DNA of 64,000 bases from Candidatus Azotimanducaceae bacterium (GCA_965243175.1 OZ251532.1:2041464-2105463), one strand, 5' to 3'; positions 33,934 through 45,200 are shown, numbered from the stretch's first letter. The notes: a model not told the origin generated them from the letters alone. A program made the numbers and translations.

Positions 33934-34953
33934 ATGACTGAAGTACGCGCCAGATACATCACCGCCCGCGATCGCCCGCAGCTGGCGCCGGGGCGGCGAG
34001 TCAACAACATGCGGCCAGCGAAGCGCGCACCGCACCGTTTGCTCTCGGCCGTGGAAGCGGGCTTCCCAGGCTGCGAAACCGTGCCGATGAACGCCCGGCA
34101 GTTCGAGCACTGCGATCGGCACGTCGAGTATTGGGACGCGCGCAAGGGCGTCGCGTGGATGGTGCGCGAGGTCAGCATCGAGCACGAACGGCCGCTCTCG
34201 CGCCTAGCCGTGCTGGTACACCGCATCGCCGAGGAACGGGGCGCCGCGATGCTCTGCTGCGGAACCACCTCGCTGCACGACCGCGATGCCAAGGGTGATG
34301 TGCGCGTGATGGAGGCGGACCAAGCCATCTACTTGAACGGCAAGAGCGCACAGGCGCTGCGTTCGCCGATCCTCGTCCGCGAGGGGCAGGCGCCCGATGT
34401 CGTTCTGGAGGTGGACCACACCACCGATGCGCGCCGGCGGAAGCTCGGCGTGTACGAAGAGTGGGGTGTGCCGGAGGTCTGGGTGGAAGTGCCGGACGCG
34501 CCCGCTCGAAGCCGCCCGAAGAGCCGCCGGTCCGGGCTCACGATCCATGTGCTGGACGAGGAAACCAGCTGCTACCGCGAGGCGCAGGCAAGCGAAGCGC
34601 TGCCCGGCTGGACGGCCGCGGAGATTCACTCGGCGTTGAACGAGGGCGTCATCTCGGAACGCACTAGGGCGGCGATAGCGCGGGTCGGCAAGGCGATGCG
34701 CACGAACGAAGGCACCGTGCCGTGCTCGTCGAGCCTCCTTGAAGCAAATGCGAGCAACTCTCCGCAAACCGCCATCGCCGTACGCACGGCAGCGATGGTG
34801 TGCGCGATCCTCGCCGGACGCGGCATCGGCGTCGCGCCGGAGTTCCTAGCCGACCCCAGCGCCATAGCTGCCCACGACGCCAAGCAAATCGTCGAAGCGG
34901 CCTTGGCGTGCGACAGCGCAGAGCACTTTCTCGCGTTGATGGCGGCGTCCTAG
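33934..34953 (+). CDS. Uma2-family-like PD-(D/E)XK protein (third family member in the window); start uncertain
   Basis: APDVVLEVDHTTDARRRKLGVYEEWGVPEVWVEV fits the D..E.K...Y...G..E.W signature. Internal ATGs at 34009 and 34087 are alternative starts. Confidence 0.6.
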   Translation: MTEVRARYITARDRPQLAPGRRVNNMRPAKRAPHRLLSAVEAGFPGCETVPMNARQFEHCDRHVEYWDARKGVAWMVREVSIEHERPLSRLAVLVHRIAEERGAAMLCCGTTSLHDRDAKGDVRVMEADQAIYLNGKSAQALRSPILVREGQAPDVVLEVDHTTDARRRKLGVYEEWGVPEVWVEVPDAPARSRPKSRRSGLTIHVLDEETSCYREAQASEALPGWTAAEIHSALNEGVISERTRAAIARVGKAMRTNEGTVPCSSSLLEANASNSPQTAIAVRTAAMVCAILAGRGIGVAPEFLADPSAIAAHDAKQIVEAALACDSAEHFLALMAAS

Positions 34954-35726
34954 GAGCGCTCACCCCCTCTGCCGCGGGCGAGCAGCACGTCCTTGGCCTT
35001 GTTGAGCGTCGCCGCCAAGTAGTCCGTGCCGCCGCGGTCCGGGTGCAGCTTCTGCATGAGGCGGCGGTGGGCGGCCAATATGTCGTCCTTGGACGCCGCA
35101 TCGTCTAGGCCCAGCACCGCGAGGGCCTGGCCTTCGTCCATGTCGCGCGTGCCTCCGGCGCGGTCCGCCCGCGAATCCGGCGTCCAGCCTGGGAAACGCC
35201 GTTCCATGTAAGCGGCGAGCAGCTGTAGAGAGTCGGCGGATTCCAGTGCCGCGTACAGTTCCTCCAACTCCGTTTGGCCGAGGTCCGCGAGCCGGCGGCT
35301 GGCGAACTGGCCACGCAGCACCTCACCGTCCATTTCGCCGGATTCGTGCTCCAAGGTCATGCGCAGATCCGCGGTGGCCACGGTGGACACGCTCGGCGCT
35401 TGGCCGCTCGGCTGTCCAAGGCCTTGCTTGAACCCTCCGAAACGCGCAAACGGATTGAAGCCGGTACCGGAGCGGAGGAAGTGGCTGAGGAGAGGCGCGG
35501 CGAACATGCTCAAACCCCAGCGCAGGAACGGCAATGCGCCGGCAGCGACCGCCGCCAGCCAAGGCAGGCGGCCGGTGGCGGTGAGCAGGAGCAGCGCCGC
35601 CAGCAACGCGACCGCCGCGGCGCCGGCCACTTTGGAGAGCTTCTTCGGGCGGTTCTTGACGCTCAGTTCCTTCCACAGCAGCCAGAACGCGACGAGGCCG
35701 ACGACGGCCGGAATGACCGCCATCAT
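34950..35726 (-). CDS. Membrane protein with a C-terminal J-domain (DnaJ-like)
   Basis: N-terminal TM helices, then ALAVLGLDDAASKDDILAAHRRLMQKLHPDRGGTDYLAATLNKAKDVLL (HPD motif). Confidence 0.8.
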   Translation of the reverse strand: MMAVIPAVVGLVAFWLLWKELSVKNRPKKLSKVAGAAAVALLAALLLLTATGRLPWLAAVAAGALPFLRWGLSMFAAPLLSHFLRSGTGFNPFARFGGFKQGLGQPSGQAPSVSTVATADLRMTLEHESGEMDGEVLRGQFASRRLADLGQTELEELYAALESADSLQLLAAYMERRFPGWTPDSRADRAGGTRDMDEGQALAVLGLDDAASKDDILAAHRRLMQKLHPDRGGTDYLAATLNKAKDVLLARGRGGERS

Positions 35727-36406
35727 GGCAGTTGCGCCAGCAGATGCCGGGCGGCGGCATGTTCGATGGCGGCCAAGCCGTCGCGGCCTTGCGCAGCGTA
35801 GGCCGCCACCGCGCCGAACAACTCGCGCAGCGTCTCCGCGCTCCCTGGCGCGAACGGCACGTGGGCGCCGCGAGTGACCGCGGCGATGTCGCGGAAGACT
35901 CTGCTGGCCACCGGATCGCCGCCTTCCTGGAAGACGAAACACGGCAGGTTGAATACCCCAAGTTGTCCGGCGCGACCGGCAATCGCATCGTGGTCTTCCT
36001 CGCAAGCGTCGCCGACGAAGACCACGGCCTTGATGCGCTGCTTCCTCGATTCGTCCAAGGCGTGTTGCAGCACGCGACCGATCTGGGTCAAGCCGCCGCG
36101 GCAGCGAACGCCCGTCATCCGCGCGAGCAGTTCGGCTGGCGACGTCGACCAAGGCGATGCGTGGAACTCGTTGAATCCGCGATAGTAGGCGAGCTGCACC
36201 GCAACGCCGCTGCCGGAAGCGGCGGAGAACAGCTCCGCGTGCAGGTTCATCGCCATGTCCCAGGTCGGTTCTCGGCTGGCGGTGGCGTCCAAGGCGAACA
36301 GAATCCGCGCCTCCGGGGCACCATGCGCGCCCCGACGGACGGGCAGCGTTCGCGCCTCGGCGAGGAACCGTGCGACATCGGTGCGCGGCACAGGGGTCTT
36401 GGCCAT
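35723..36406 (-). CDS. VWA-domain protein
   Basis: ILFALDATASR (MIDAS-like DxTxS), VVFVGDACEED. ATGA overlap with the J-domain gene. Confidence 0.7.
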   Translation of the reverse strand: MAKTPVPRTDVARFLAEARTLPVRRGAHGAPEARILFALDATASREPTWDMAMNLHAELFSAASGSGVAVQLAYYRGFNEFHASPWSTSPAELLARMTGVRCRGGLTQIGRVLQHALDESRKQRIKAVVFVGDACEEDHDAIAGRAGQLGVFNLPCFVFQEGGDPVASRVFRDIAAVTRGAHVPFAPGSAETLRELFGAVAAYAAQGRDGLAAIEHAAARHLLAQLP

Positions 36407-36477
36407 TGGTTCGCCCCCTCGCTAGCTCGGCTCCACTCTGCGCGGACAGGGCCCTTCGCTGCTCGTTCGCAGAGCGG

Positions 36478-37497
36478 CTAGTCGCGCAGCGACACCAAGC
36501 CGCGGCCGACCATTTCGCCCGCCAGAATGCGGTCGATGGCGGGGGAGAGGGTGTCGAGGCCAAGAGGAGTCACGAGGTCCTCCAAGCCGTCGAGCTGCCA
36601 CGGGCCGGCCAGCTTCCGCCAGATCTCCGCCTTCTGCGGCAGCGGCAGTTCCACGGAGTCGATGCCGAGCAGGTTGACGTGGCGAAGGATGAACGGCAGC
36701 ACCGTGGCGGGGATTTCCGGCGAGGCGACGAGACCGCAGGCGGCGAGGCTCTGCCCGTAGCGCAAGGACTTCACCGCGTTCACCAGAATCTGGCCGCCCA
36801 CGGTGTCCACGGCGCCGCCCCAGGTCGGCCTGCCGAGAGGCCGTTCGGCGCCGGCAAGAGCGTCCTCGCGGCTGAGAATCTCGGCGGCACCGAGGCTGCG
36901 CAGGAAATCGTGCTGCGAAGCCTTGCCGGTGACGGCGTGGACTTCGTAGCCGAGCTTGGCCAAGAGCTTGACGGCGACCGATCCCACGCCGCCGGTTGCG
37001 CCGGTGACCAGCACCGGGCCGCCGTCCGGCGCCATGCCGACAGCTTCGAGCTTGTGGACGCTGAGCGCCGCGGTGAAGCCGGCGGTGCCGAGAATCATCG
37101 CCGAGCGCGGATTCAGCCCGGCCGGCATCGGGACCGCCCAGCCAGCCGGTACGCGGATCTTCTGGCCGAAGCCGCCCGGCGTGCCCATGCCCAAATCGAA
37201 GCCGATGACGATCACCTCGTCGCCGACCGCGAACTCGGCGCTGGCCGACTCCGCCACGGTGCCCGCCGCATCGATGCCCGGCGTGTGCGGGAAATTGCGC
37301 GTGACGCCCGGATTGCCGGTGGCCGAGAGCGCGTCCTTGTAGTTGAGCGACGAATACGCGACGTCGATCAGCAATTCACCCGAAAGCGCACCGCCCGGTG
37401 GCAGTTCCGCGGTGGCGAGTTCAACGACGCTGCGCGTGAACGTCCTGTCTTCGGACTTTTCGACGCGGAAGGCGCGGTAGGCGGCGGAATCGGTCAT
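36478..37497 (-). CDS. acuI: YhdH/AcuI-type MDR oxidoreductase (acrylyl-CoA reductase-like)
   Basis: VAYSSLNYKDALS, FPHTPGIDAAGTV, VLVTGATGGVGSVAV, GRGLVSL. Confidence 0.82.
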   Translation of the reverse strand: MTDSAAYRAFRVEKSEDRTFTRSVVELATAELPPGGALSGELLIDVAYSSLNYKDALSATGNPGVTRNFPHTPGIDAAGTVAESASAEFAVGDEVIVIGFDLGMGTPGGFGQKIRVPAGWAVPMPAGLNPRSAMILGTAGFTAALSVHKLEAVGMAPDGGPVLVTGATGGVGSVAVKLLAKLGYEVHAVTGKASQHDFLRSLGAAEILSREDALAGAERPLGRPTWGGAVDTVGGQILVNAVKSLRYGQSLAACGLVASPEIPATVLPFILRHVNLLGIDSVELPLPQKAEIWRKLAGPWQLDGLEDLVTPLGLDTLSPAIDRILAGEMVGRGLVSLRD

Positions 37498-38714
37498 CGA
37501 AGTCCTCCTGTGGTGGTTCTGTCCAGCAAGCCCTCGAGAGCGCGCGACGCGCCCTTGCCGAGGGCCGTCCCGAGCGCACTTGCGAACTGGCCGGCGAGTC
37601 TCTCCAAGGGGGGCTTCGGCACCACCCAGGAGACCTCGAAGACGTCGGCGTCCTGGCAGGCGCGGGACAGGTACTCGTCGCTGGTCACGAGTTCGTCCAC
37701 CAGCGCCCGATCCAACGCCCGCTGGCCGTACCAGTGCTCGCCGGTGGAGACGGCATCCAGATCGATTCCAGGCCGCCAGTTCGCAACGTACTCCTGGAAC
37801 AACGCATGCACGTCTTCCAGTTCCTCGCGCAGCTTCGCGCGCCCTTGTTCGGTGTTCTCGCCGAGGAAATCCAGTGTGCGCTTGAAGCGGCCGGCGGTGT
37901 GGACCTCGACGTCCACGTCGTGCTTCTTCAGCAGGCGGTGGACATTGGGAATCTGCGCCACGACGCCAATCGAGCCGACCACCGCGAACGGCGCCGCCAG
38001 AATCCGATCCGCCACCGCCGCCATCAGATAGCCGCCGCTGGCCGCCACCTTGTCCACCGCGACGGTGAGCGTCGCCCCGTGGCTGCGAATGCGCGCCAGT
38101 TGCGATGCCGCCAAGCCATAGGCGTGGACGGCGCCGCCAAAGCTCTCCACGCGCACCACCACTTCGTCCCCGACAGCCGCCGCGCCAAGCACCGCCGACA
38201 CCTCCTGCCGCAGCGACTCCACCCCGCTCGCCGCCATGTCGCCCTCGAAGTTCAGCACGAAGACGCGGCGCGTGGCCTTTTCCGAGGACTGCGCCGGTTC
38301 GACGGCCTTGGCCGAGTCGACATCGCTGGCACCGGGTGCCTGTTCTTCGGCTTGAGCGGTCTGTGCTTCCGGAGCATCGTCCGACGGTGCCTCCGGCGCA
38401 GTCTCGGCCACGGGGCCCGAGGCGCCTCTAGTCTTCTCGCGGCGCGCTTCCTCCTTCAAGTGCTGCTTGCGCGCCTTGGCGTCCGCCTTCCGGCGCCGCT
38501 TGACCACCGCCGCAGGCAGCGCCGCTTCTTCCACAGCGCGATGCATGCTTTGCAGCCGCTCGTTCAGCTGCATGACCTCGACATGGCCGGTGGGCGGCGA
38601 ACGCAGCGCCCGGTGGGCCGCCGCGGACGCGACCGCGGAAAGGATGACCATCACCGCCACGACCACGGTGACCGTCTTGGCGAGGAATCCAAGGTAGTCG
38701 AACAGGAGTTCCAT
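37494..38714 (-). CDS. sohB: S49-family periplasmic serine protease SohB, with an acidic Ala/Glu/Pro-rich linker
   Basis: MELLFDYLGFLAKTVTVVVAV, VESFGGAVHAYGLAASQL, VDKVAASGGYLMA, GEHWYGQRAL. Confidence 0.85.
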   Translation of the reverse strand: MELLFDYLGFLAKTVTVVVAVMVILSAVASAAAHRALRSPPTGHVEVMQLNERLQSMHRAVEEAALPAAVVKRRRKADAKARKQHLKEEARREKTRGASGPVAETAPEAPSDDAPEAQTAQAEEQAPGASDVDSAKAVEPAQSSEKATRRVFVLNFEGDMAASGVESLRQEVSAVLGAAAVGDEVVVRVESFGGAVHAYGLAASQLARIRSHGATLTVAVDKVAASGGYLMAAVADRILAAPFAVVGSIGVVAQIPNVHRLLKKHDVDVEVHTAGRFKRTLDFLGENTEQGRAKLREELEDVHALFQEYVANWRPGIDLDAVSTGEHWYGQRALDRALVDELVTSDEYLSRACQDADVFEVSWVVPKPPLERLAGQFASALGTALGKGASRALEGLLDRTTTGGLR

Positions 38715-38821
38715 GCACTTCGCTTGGGTTGGCAAGGGTGCCTGAACGCACGATTGTAGCCTCAACACGCCTTGTTGCAGAATCGCGCAAAGCTGATCGG
38801 CTGCGGTTAGAGGAGAAGGCC

Positions 38822-39286
38822 ATGAGTGCTGCGTTGAAGAGGACAGGAGCGAATGACCCAGTCGACGTCTTTACTTCGACTGTCGACGCCTCGCTCAAGC
38901 GCCTTCTGCTTACACTGGCGCAAGGTTCGCGGGGAGTTCTGCTCGTTGCGAGCCTCTGGTACACCCGGCGTATGCTCGGTCGGTCGAGGGACGCAATCTC
39001 GGCCGCCGACGTGACCAGCGAAGTCGACAGAGATCTGATGCACTGGGTGGCCGCCCGCCATCAGAGCTTCGCCGACGTGTTGGAGGGGATCCACGGCCAG
39101 TTGGCCGACGAGCTCCTACGACTTCGACTCGCCCCGTTCAGGTTCGCGGCCGTGCGCCTGTTGGAGACTCTCGTCATCGAGGCTGAAGATGCAGCGGAGA
39201 CAGCCGCCTTGGGCGCAAGTGCGGAGTTCGCCAAGCTGGTCAGGGAGGACTTGAGAAACCACCGCGTCGCCTATGTCAATGGCTGA
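38822..39286 (+). CDS. Hypothetical protein
   Basis: ORF with SD gaggagaagg before ATG 38822. No family recognised. Confidence 0.45.
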   Translation: MSAALKRTGANDPVDVFTSTVDASLKRLLLTLAQGSRGVLLVASLWYTRRMLGRSRDAISAADVTSEVDRDLMHWVAARHQSFADVLEGIHGQLADELLRLRLAPFRFAAVRLLETLVIEAEDAAETAALGASAEFAKLVREDLRNHRVAYVNG

Positions 39287-39623
39287 GTACGGCGATTTCG
39301 AGGCCGCGCTTGAAGCGCGGTTTCAGGCGGAGGCGGGGCGGGATGTGGATTTCGCCTTGGCGTTGGCGGTCGATGGCGATCCGGCGGAGCAGCTTGCGGC
39401 GTTCTCGGTTCAAGCGGGCGTGTTGCGGTTTCAGCCGGATTGCCGGCTCGATGCCACCTTCTACTTCGCCGATGCGCAAGCGGCGTTGGCGGTTCTGGAT
39501 GGCGAGGAGGACCCGTTCGACGCTTTCGCGGCCGGGCGCTTTCGTGCCGATGGCAACCTGCCGCTTGCGTTCGTGCTGCTGGGGCTGTTCCGGCCTGGCA
39601 CCGGGGTGGACGTGCCGGAGTAG
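39273..39623 (+). CDS. SCP2 sterol-carrier-like domain protein
   Basis: ...ATFYFADAQAALAVLDGEEDPFDAFAAGRFRADGNLPLAFVL is typical of the SCP2 C-terminal pattern. Confidence 0.6.
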   Translation: MSMAEYGDFEAALEARFQAEAGRDVDFALALAVDGDPAEQLAAFSVQAGVLRFQPDCRLDATFYFADAQAALAVLDGEEDPFDAFAAGRFRADGNLPLAFVLLGLFRPGTGVDVPE

Positions 39624-39630
39624 GTTCTCG

Positions 39631-40488
39631 CTACGCTGGCGGGGTGTTCTTCTCGGCGGCGGTCATCTCGTCAATGAAGGCGTTGATGAGCCAGCGCGAG
39701 ATGGCCGTGCCGCCTGGCACGTTCGGCAGTTCGCGGTAGTGGAACCAGCGCGCTTCGGCGATTTCGCCGTCGTGGAAGACGAACTCGCCGCTCGCGTAGT
39801 CGGCGTGGAAGCCGAGCATCAGCGAGTTCGGGAACGGCCACGACTGGCTGCCGAGATAACGCAGATTCGTCACCTCGATGCCCACTTCCTCGGCGACTTC
39901 GCGATGCACCGTCTGCTCGATGGACTCGCCGGGCTCCACGAATCCGGCCAGCGTGGAGAACATCGTCGTCGGCCAGGCGACGTTGCGCGCCAGCAGCATG
40001 TCTTCGCCTTTGCGCACCAGCACGATGATGCTCGGCGACAAGCGCGGATAGATCGTCAGCCCGCAGTCCGGGCAGTGCTTGGCGCGGTCCGTCGCGTGGT
40101 CCTCGGTGGCGGTTCCGCAGCGGCCGCAGAACCGGTGCTGCCGATGCCATTCCACGATCTGCTTGGCGCGCCCGGCCAAGTAGAAGAAGTCCGGCTCGAC
40201 GCGCCCCAGCCAAGCGCGCAGCCCGGTGGACGCGAAGCCTTCCGGCGGCCTGCCCGTGGCGGCCAGCGCGAAGCAGGCGCGGCTTTCCCAGCGGCCCAGG
40301 TAGTGCTTGTAGTCCACGGCGAGATCCACCCAGCGGAACTCGTCGGCGGTGACCGGGCGCGGCACCCCCTGCTCGCTGATGGAGAGCATCTCGTCGCCAA
40401 GGCAGACGAAGTACAGCGCTTCGCCGAGGTCGAGGCCATCGGGCGGCGCCACTTCGGAAACGAAGCGCGACGGAGACGTCTGGAACAT
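39631..40488 (-). CDS. nudC: NAD(+) diphosphatase (NADH pyrophosphatase)
   Basis: Zn-ribbon FCGRCG...HCPDCG, and the Nudix box GFVEPGESIEQTVHREVAEEVG followed by SQSWPFPNSLMLGF. Confidence 0.9.
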   Translation of the reverse strand: MFQTSPSRFVSEVAPPDGLDLGEALYFVCLGDEMLSISEQGVPRPVTADEFRWVDLAVDYKHYLGRWESRACFALAATGRPPEGFASTGLRAWLGRVEPDFFYLAGRAKQIVEWHRQHRFCGRCGTATEDHATDRAKHCPDCGLTIYPRLSPSIIVLVRKGEDMLLARNVAWPTTMFSTLAGFVEPGESIEQTVHREVAEEVGIEVTNLRYLGSQSWPFPNSLMLGFHADYASGEFVFHDGEIAEARWFHYRELPNVPGGTAISRWLINAFIDEMTAAEKNTPPA

Positions 40489-40730
40489 AGGCAGAACCCG
40501 CTTGCCAAGGGCATTGGTGGCCGCTCAAGCGCACAACGCCAAGCCGCCACCAAGCCATGCTAGCGAATTTCGGCGCGTGGTTGCAGCGGCGCTTTGTGCC
40601 TCGGTGCCTGCGTTGCTATGCTGCGCCCGAATCCCGTCCTGCGTCGGATGGGCGGCGTCACCCTCGGCGTCGTGGCGTCGGCTGCGCGGTGGCGTGGCGG
40701 CGGATTCGCGTTGGATTAGGAGTCGTTTTG

Positions 40731-42242
40731 GTGCAAGCACAAGCAGCGCATAGCCTCGGGCGGTCGTTCTGGGAGAACTTTCTCGGCAGCGCACCGACCT
40801 GGTACAAGCAGGCCATCGTGGCCTTTCTGGTCGCCAACCCGTTGCTCTACTGGGCGTTCGGCGGCTTCATCGCCGGCTGGATTCTGGTGCTGCAGTTCAT
40901 CTTCACGCTGGCGATGGCGCTGCGCTGCTATCCGCTGCAACCGGGCGGGCTGCTGGCCATCGAAGCGCTGCTCATCGGCATGACGAGCCCCGGCCACGTC
41001 TTCGAGGAGGTGGAGACCAACCTCTCCGTGATCCTGCTGCTGGTGTTCATGGTGGCGGGCATCTACTTCATGAAGGAGCTGCTGCTCTTCACCTTCACGA
41101 AGATTCTCATCCACGTTCGCAACAAGATTCTGCTCTCGTTCCTGTTCTGCTTCGTCGCCGCGTTTCTCTCCGCCTTTCTGGATGCGCTGACCGTCACCGC
41201 AGTGGTCATCAGCGTGGCCGTCGGCTTCTACGAGGTCTATCGCCGGTTCCTCGTCGAACAGTCGATCGAGCGCCTCGACGAAGCCGGCGACGAGGACATC
41301 CCCGAACTCGGCACCGAAGAGATGCTGCAGTTCCGCGCCTTCCTGCGCAGTCTGGTGATGCACGCGGCCGTTGGCACCGCGCTTGGCGGCGTCACCACCA
41401 TCGTCGGCGAACCGCAGAACGTGCTGATCGCCGAGCGCATGGGGTGGGTGTTCATGGAGTTCTTTCTACGCATGTCGCCGGTGACCTTGCCGGTGCTGGT
41501 GGTGGGGCTGACGACGTGCGTGCTGCTCGAAAAGCTCAAGATCGCCGGCTATGGCCCGCTGCTGCCGCCCACGGTGATGAAGGTGCTGGCGGACTACGAC
41601 CGCAAGCAGACCTCCGAACTCACCCGCGCGGACAAGGCTCGGCTGATCGTGCAGGCCGCGGTGGCAGTGGTGCTCATTCTGGCGCTGGCCTTCCACGTGG
41701 CCGAGATCGGCTTGATCGGCCTCTCGATCATCGTCTTGCAGACGGCCTTCAACGGCATCATCCAAGAGCACCGCATCGGCCCCGCTTTCGAGGAAGCGCT
41801 GCCGTTCACCGCGCTGCTGTGCGTCTTCTTCGGCATCGTCGCGGTGATCGCCGATCAGGGCCTGTTCCAGCCGGTGATCGACTACGTGCTGACGCTGCCG
41901 AAGGAGCAGCAGCCCGGCGTCTTCTACATCGCCAACGGGGTGCTCTCGATGATCAGCGACAACGTCTTCGTGGCGACGGTCTACATCGGCCAGGTGGCGG
42001 AAGCGTTCAACGCCGGCACCATCGACCGTACGCAGTTCGAGTTGCTGGCGGTGGCCATCAACACCGGCACCAACATCCCCAGCGTGGCCACGCCGAACGG
42101 CCAGGCGGCGTTCCTGTTCCTGCTTACGTCGTCCTTGGCGCCGCTCATCAACCTCTCCTACGGGCGCATGGTGCTGATGGCGCTGCCGTACACGGTGACC
42201 ATCGGCATCACCGGCTGGCTCGGCGTCCACTTTCTCTTGTAG
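40731..42242 (+). CDS. nhaB: Na+/H+ antiporter NhaB
   Basis: [34 protein letters not shown] is collinear with the E. coli NhaB N-terminus. GTG 40731 (or TTG 40728) follows SD taggag. Confidence 0.9.
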   Translation: MQAQAAHSLGRSFWENFLGSAPTWYKQAIVAFLVANPLLYWAFGGFIAGWILVLQFIFTLAMALRCYPLQPGGLLAIEALLIGMTSPGHVFEEVETNLSVILLLVFMVAGIYFMKELLLFTFTKILIHVRNKILLSFLFCFVAAFLSAFLDALTVTAVVISVAVGFYEVYRRFLVEQSIERLDEAGDEDIPELGTEEMLQFRAFLRSLVMHAAVGTALGGVTTIVGEPQNVLIAERMGWVFMEFFLRMSPVTLPVLVVGLTTCVLLEKLKIAGYGPLLPPTVMKVLADYDRKQTSELTRADKARLIVQAAVAVVLILALAFHVAEIGLIGLSIIVLQTAFNGIIQEHRIGPAFEEALPFTALLCVFFGIVAVIADQGLFQPVIDYVLTLPKEQQPGVFYIANGVLSMISDNVFVATVYIGQVAEAFNAGTIDRTQFELLAVAINTGTNIPSVATPNGQAAFLFLLTSSLAPLINLSYGRMVLMALPYTVTIGITGWLGVHFLL

Positions 42243-42270
42243 GAGCTCTTGTAGGAGAGAAGGCGCAACT

Positions 42271-42291
42271 CCCGGCGCAAGTCGCGCCGGG
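42271..42291. terminator. GC-rich hairpin between the convergent nhaB and large membrane-protein genes
   Basis: cccggcg-caagt-cgccggg read directly. Confidence 0.4.
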
Positions 42292-42296
42292 CACGT

Positions 42297-45200
42297 TCAG
42301 GCTGGCCAGGCGCTTGCGTCTTCCTCTCCGCCTTTCCGGTCTTTGCCATCTTTCCCGTCTTTTCCGCCGCTCTTGTCGGCTGGCGCTTTCGGCAGCCACA
42401 GCCCGCCTTCCGCGAAGCAGCGCCATACCCACGGCAGCCAACGCATCAGCGCGAAGCTGAGCCACAGCGCCCAGGCGAGGATGAGCGCCTTGTAGGCCCA
42501 CATCGGCAGCGAGTAGACGGCCGCCTGGGGCATCGCGCCGTCGGTCTTGTCGGCGAACCAGCTGAGCTGCTTGCCGGACGACTCGAAGCCGGTCACGCTC
42601 ATGTCCGGGCTGCCGAGAAGGCCGCTCTGGATGCCGACGAGAATGGCCGCGAAGGCGATCAGCGTCAGCAGTCCGAAGCCGATCTGCAATGCGTTGTAGA
42701 GTGTGCGCTCCAAGTCCGCGCCCCAACTCTTGCGCGTGCCGTGCGCGAGCAGCCAGGCCGCGACGACCGCGAACGCGATCCAGGACGACGTGCTGAAGCC
42801 CAGCCCCAGCAGCAGCCAGTGCTGCCAGCGCAGCGGCGTGACCCGGAACCGCCCCAGCAGGATGCTGGCGGCGATCAGCGCGATCAGTTCGGACCAGTAG
42901 AGGATGGCCGGGCCCAGCGTCGGCCCGGTGGCGAACAGCAGCCAACGCGCCGGCATTTCGATGCGCGTGGTCAGGTTGCTGGCCGGCGCGCCGAGTTCGA
43001 CCGCTGGCGTGGCCACGCGCAAGCCGGCGGGGTTCGGCGCCTGCCAGGCAATCGACACCGTGTGCTCGCCCGGATCGATTGGAACGTCGAGTTCGCCAGC
43101 CGCCATTGCCAGCGGCACCGAGGCGCCGTCGATGGAGACTTCGGCAAGGCTCGCGTCCTCCGGCAGGCGCACGACGTGGCTCGCGCCCCGCGTGCTCCGA
43201 TAGGCCAGTTCAAGCCGCGAGTTGCGCCAACGTTCGCCGGCCGTGGTTTCAAGCTCCACGGCGTCGATGGCGAGGGTGGGACCGTCCACCGCCTGCGGCT
43301 TGGCGATGGTCAACGCAAGCGTCTCGCCGGGGCGTGGATGGAACGTCAAATGGCCGCCGGGCGTGTCCGCGTCCGGCTGGCTCGCCGGCACGCCCTCGGA
43401 CGTCACGCGCCATGTGCTTCCCACAGCCAGCCGCCACACTTCCCGCCAAGGCCGGTCCGCAAGTACGCGCAGCGACATCGACGAACGCTGGGGCAGCGTG
43501 GAGCGCCACTCGAAGCTCCGTTGCGTTGGATGCATCGCCACCGCGATGTGGCCATCCTGCGAGGGCTCGCCGGAGACCACGGCTTCGCCGTCGAGAAGCG
43601 GCACTCGGAGTTCCACCGCGCCAGTGCTCGGCGCTTCGCGGTACACGCGGGTTCTCACGCCCCAGTCGATGCGCCCCAGATCGATCGACCGTTCGATGTG
43701 CACGAACGGCGGCAGCCGACTGGCCTCCCATGCGGCGTCCGGCAGTTCGGCTTGTCCTTCCCGAAGTCGCCTCAGGGAGAGCGATCCGGCGGAGAGCGAT
43801 CCATCGCGGATGCCCGTCACCAACCAATGGTCGGACGTCGCGGCAATGGTGCGGGGGTTCGCCGGGAACGGAATCTCCATCGCCTCGTCGCTCGGCAGCG
43901 GGCCGCGCACCGTCACGACGTGGCGGCCGCGATCGAGTCGCGTCCAGAGCGTGTCGGCGCGGCGTTCCACGGCCAGCGGCGTCTGGCCGATTACTGCTTC
44001 CGCCGGCAACCAGCCGTTCGGCGCGCCCGGCAGCGGCACGGCAACCGCTTCGAAAGCATGGACATGCAACTCGATAGCGAGAGCGTCTTCGCCGACTTCC
44101 ACGCGGGCATGGACGACGTCCGCGCAGTCGGGTACGCAGTCCGGTGGCGCGAGCAAACGCTCTTCCAGCTGGTCGAGCAGCGCTTGCGGCGGTGTCTCGG
44201 CGCTTGCCGAAGGGCTGGGCGCGAGCAACGCGGCCATGGCGACGATCGCGGTCACCGAGCCGGATGCGCCGCGCTTCCAGACCGGCCAACGCCAAGCACG
44301 GCCGAGCAGATCGAATGCGAAGATCGCGGCAAGCAGCCCCAACGCGGCCACCGTCAGCACACGCAGCAGGCCCGTCAGCCAAGGCGGCGCCACGACCAAG
44401 CGCATCGTCCGCGTCTCGTCCACCGGGCCGCTCCAGAAAAGGGCGTGCGGCGACCACTTCCATGCCGGCCGGCCCGGCCCGGTCTGGGTCAGCGCGTCCG
44501 TCTCGTAAAGAAACGCGCCGCTGACGACTGCCTCCTCAATGTCCGCATCGCCAAGCGAGGCAGCGAGACCCTCCATTTCGGCTTCGGTCGGCTCGGCAGG
44601 CAGGTCGAACTCGGCGCGTCGGATGTAGGAACCCACCACGTCCGCACGCCGCTCGGTTCCCGCGAGCATTTCGAACAAGCCAATCGTCTCGGCGCGGCGA
44701 TAGGACGACGGTTCAAGCTGCGGATAGGCGGCCATGCGGATCTGCGCGATCAGGAACGGCACTAGAAAGAGCAGCAGCAGCGCGAACGAGACCAGCCGAT
44801 ACCTCTGCGTCACGCGCTGCAACCGTCCACTCGGCGCAACGCGCGCCAAGGCCGCGGCGGCGAGCAGGTTGAGCCAAGTCCACACCGGCGCACCGGATTC
44901 GTGGAAACTCAGCGCCAAGGCCAGCAGCGCCACCACGCCCGCCGCTCGCCCGTACAGCCGCGCCGTCGCGGTGGCGACCACCAGCAGCACGAAGAAGTCG
45001 AGCAGACGCCAGCGCCCCATCCAGCTGCTCGGCGCATCGTCCACGCCGAACGCCGCCAGCAGCTTGTTGCCAGGCGGCAAGTGCAGAGTCGTCGCCGCCG
45101 TCATGTTGGTACGCCAGCCGGACACCGGCATTTCGCCACCCTCGTCCACGCGACCGAGCGCCTGCACGTCCACATCGCGACGCCGAACCTCGATGCCGCC

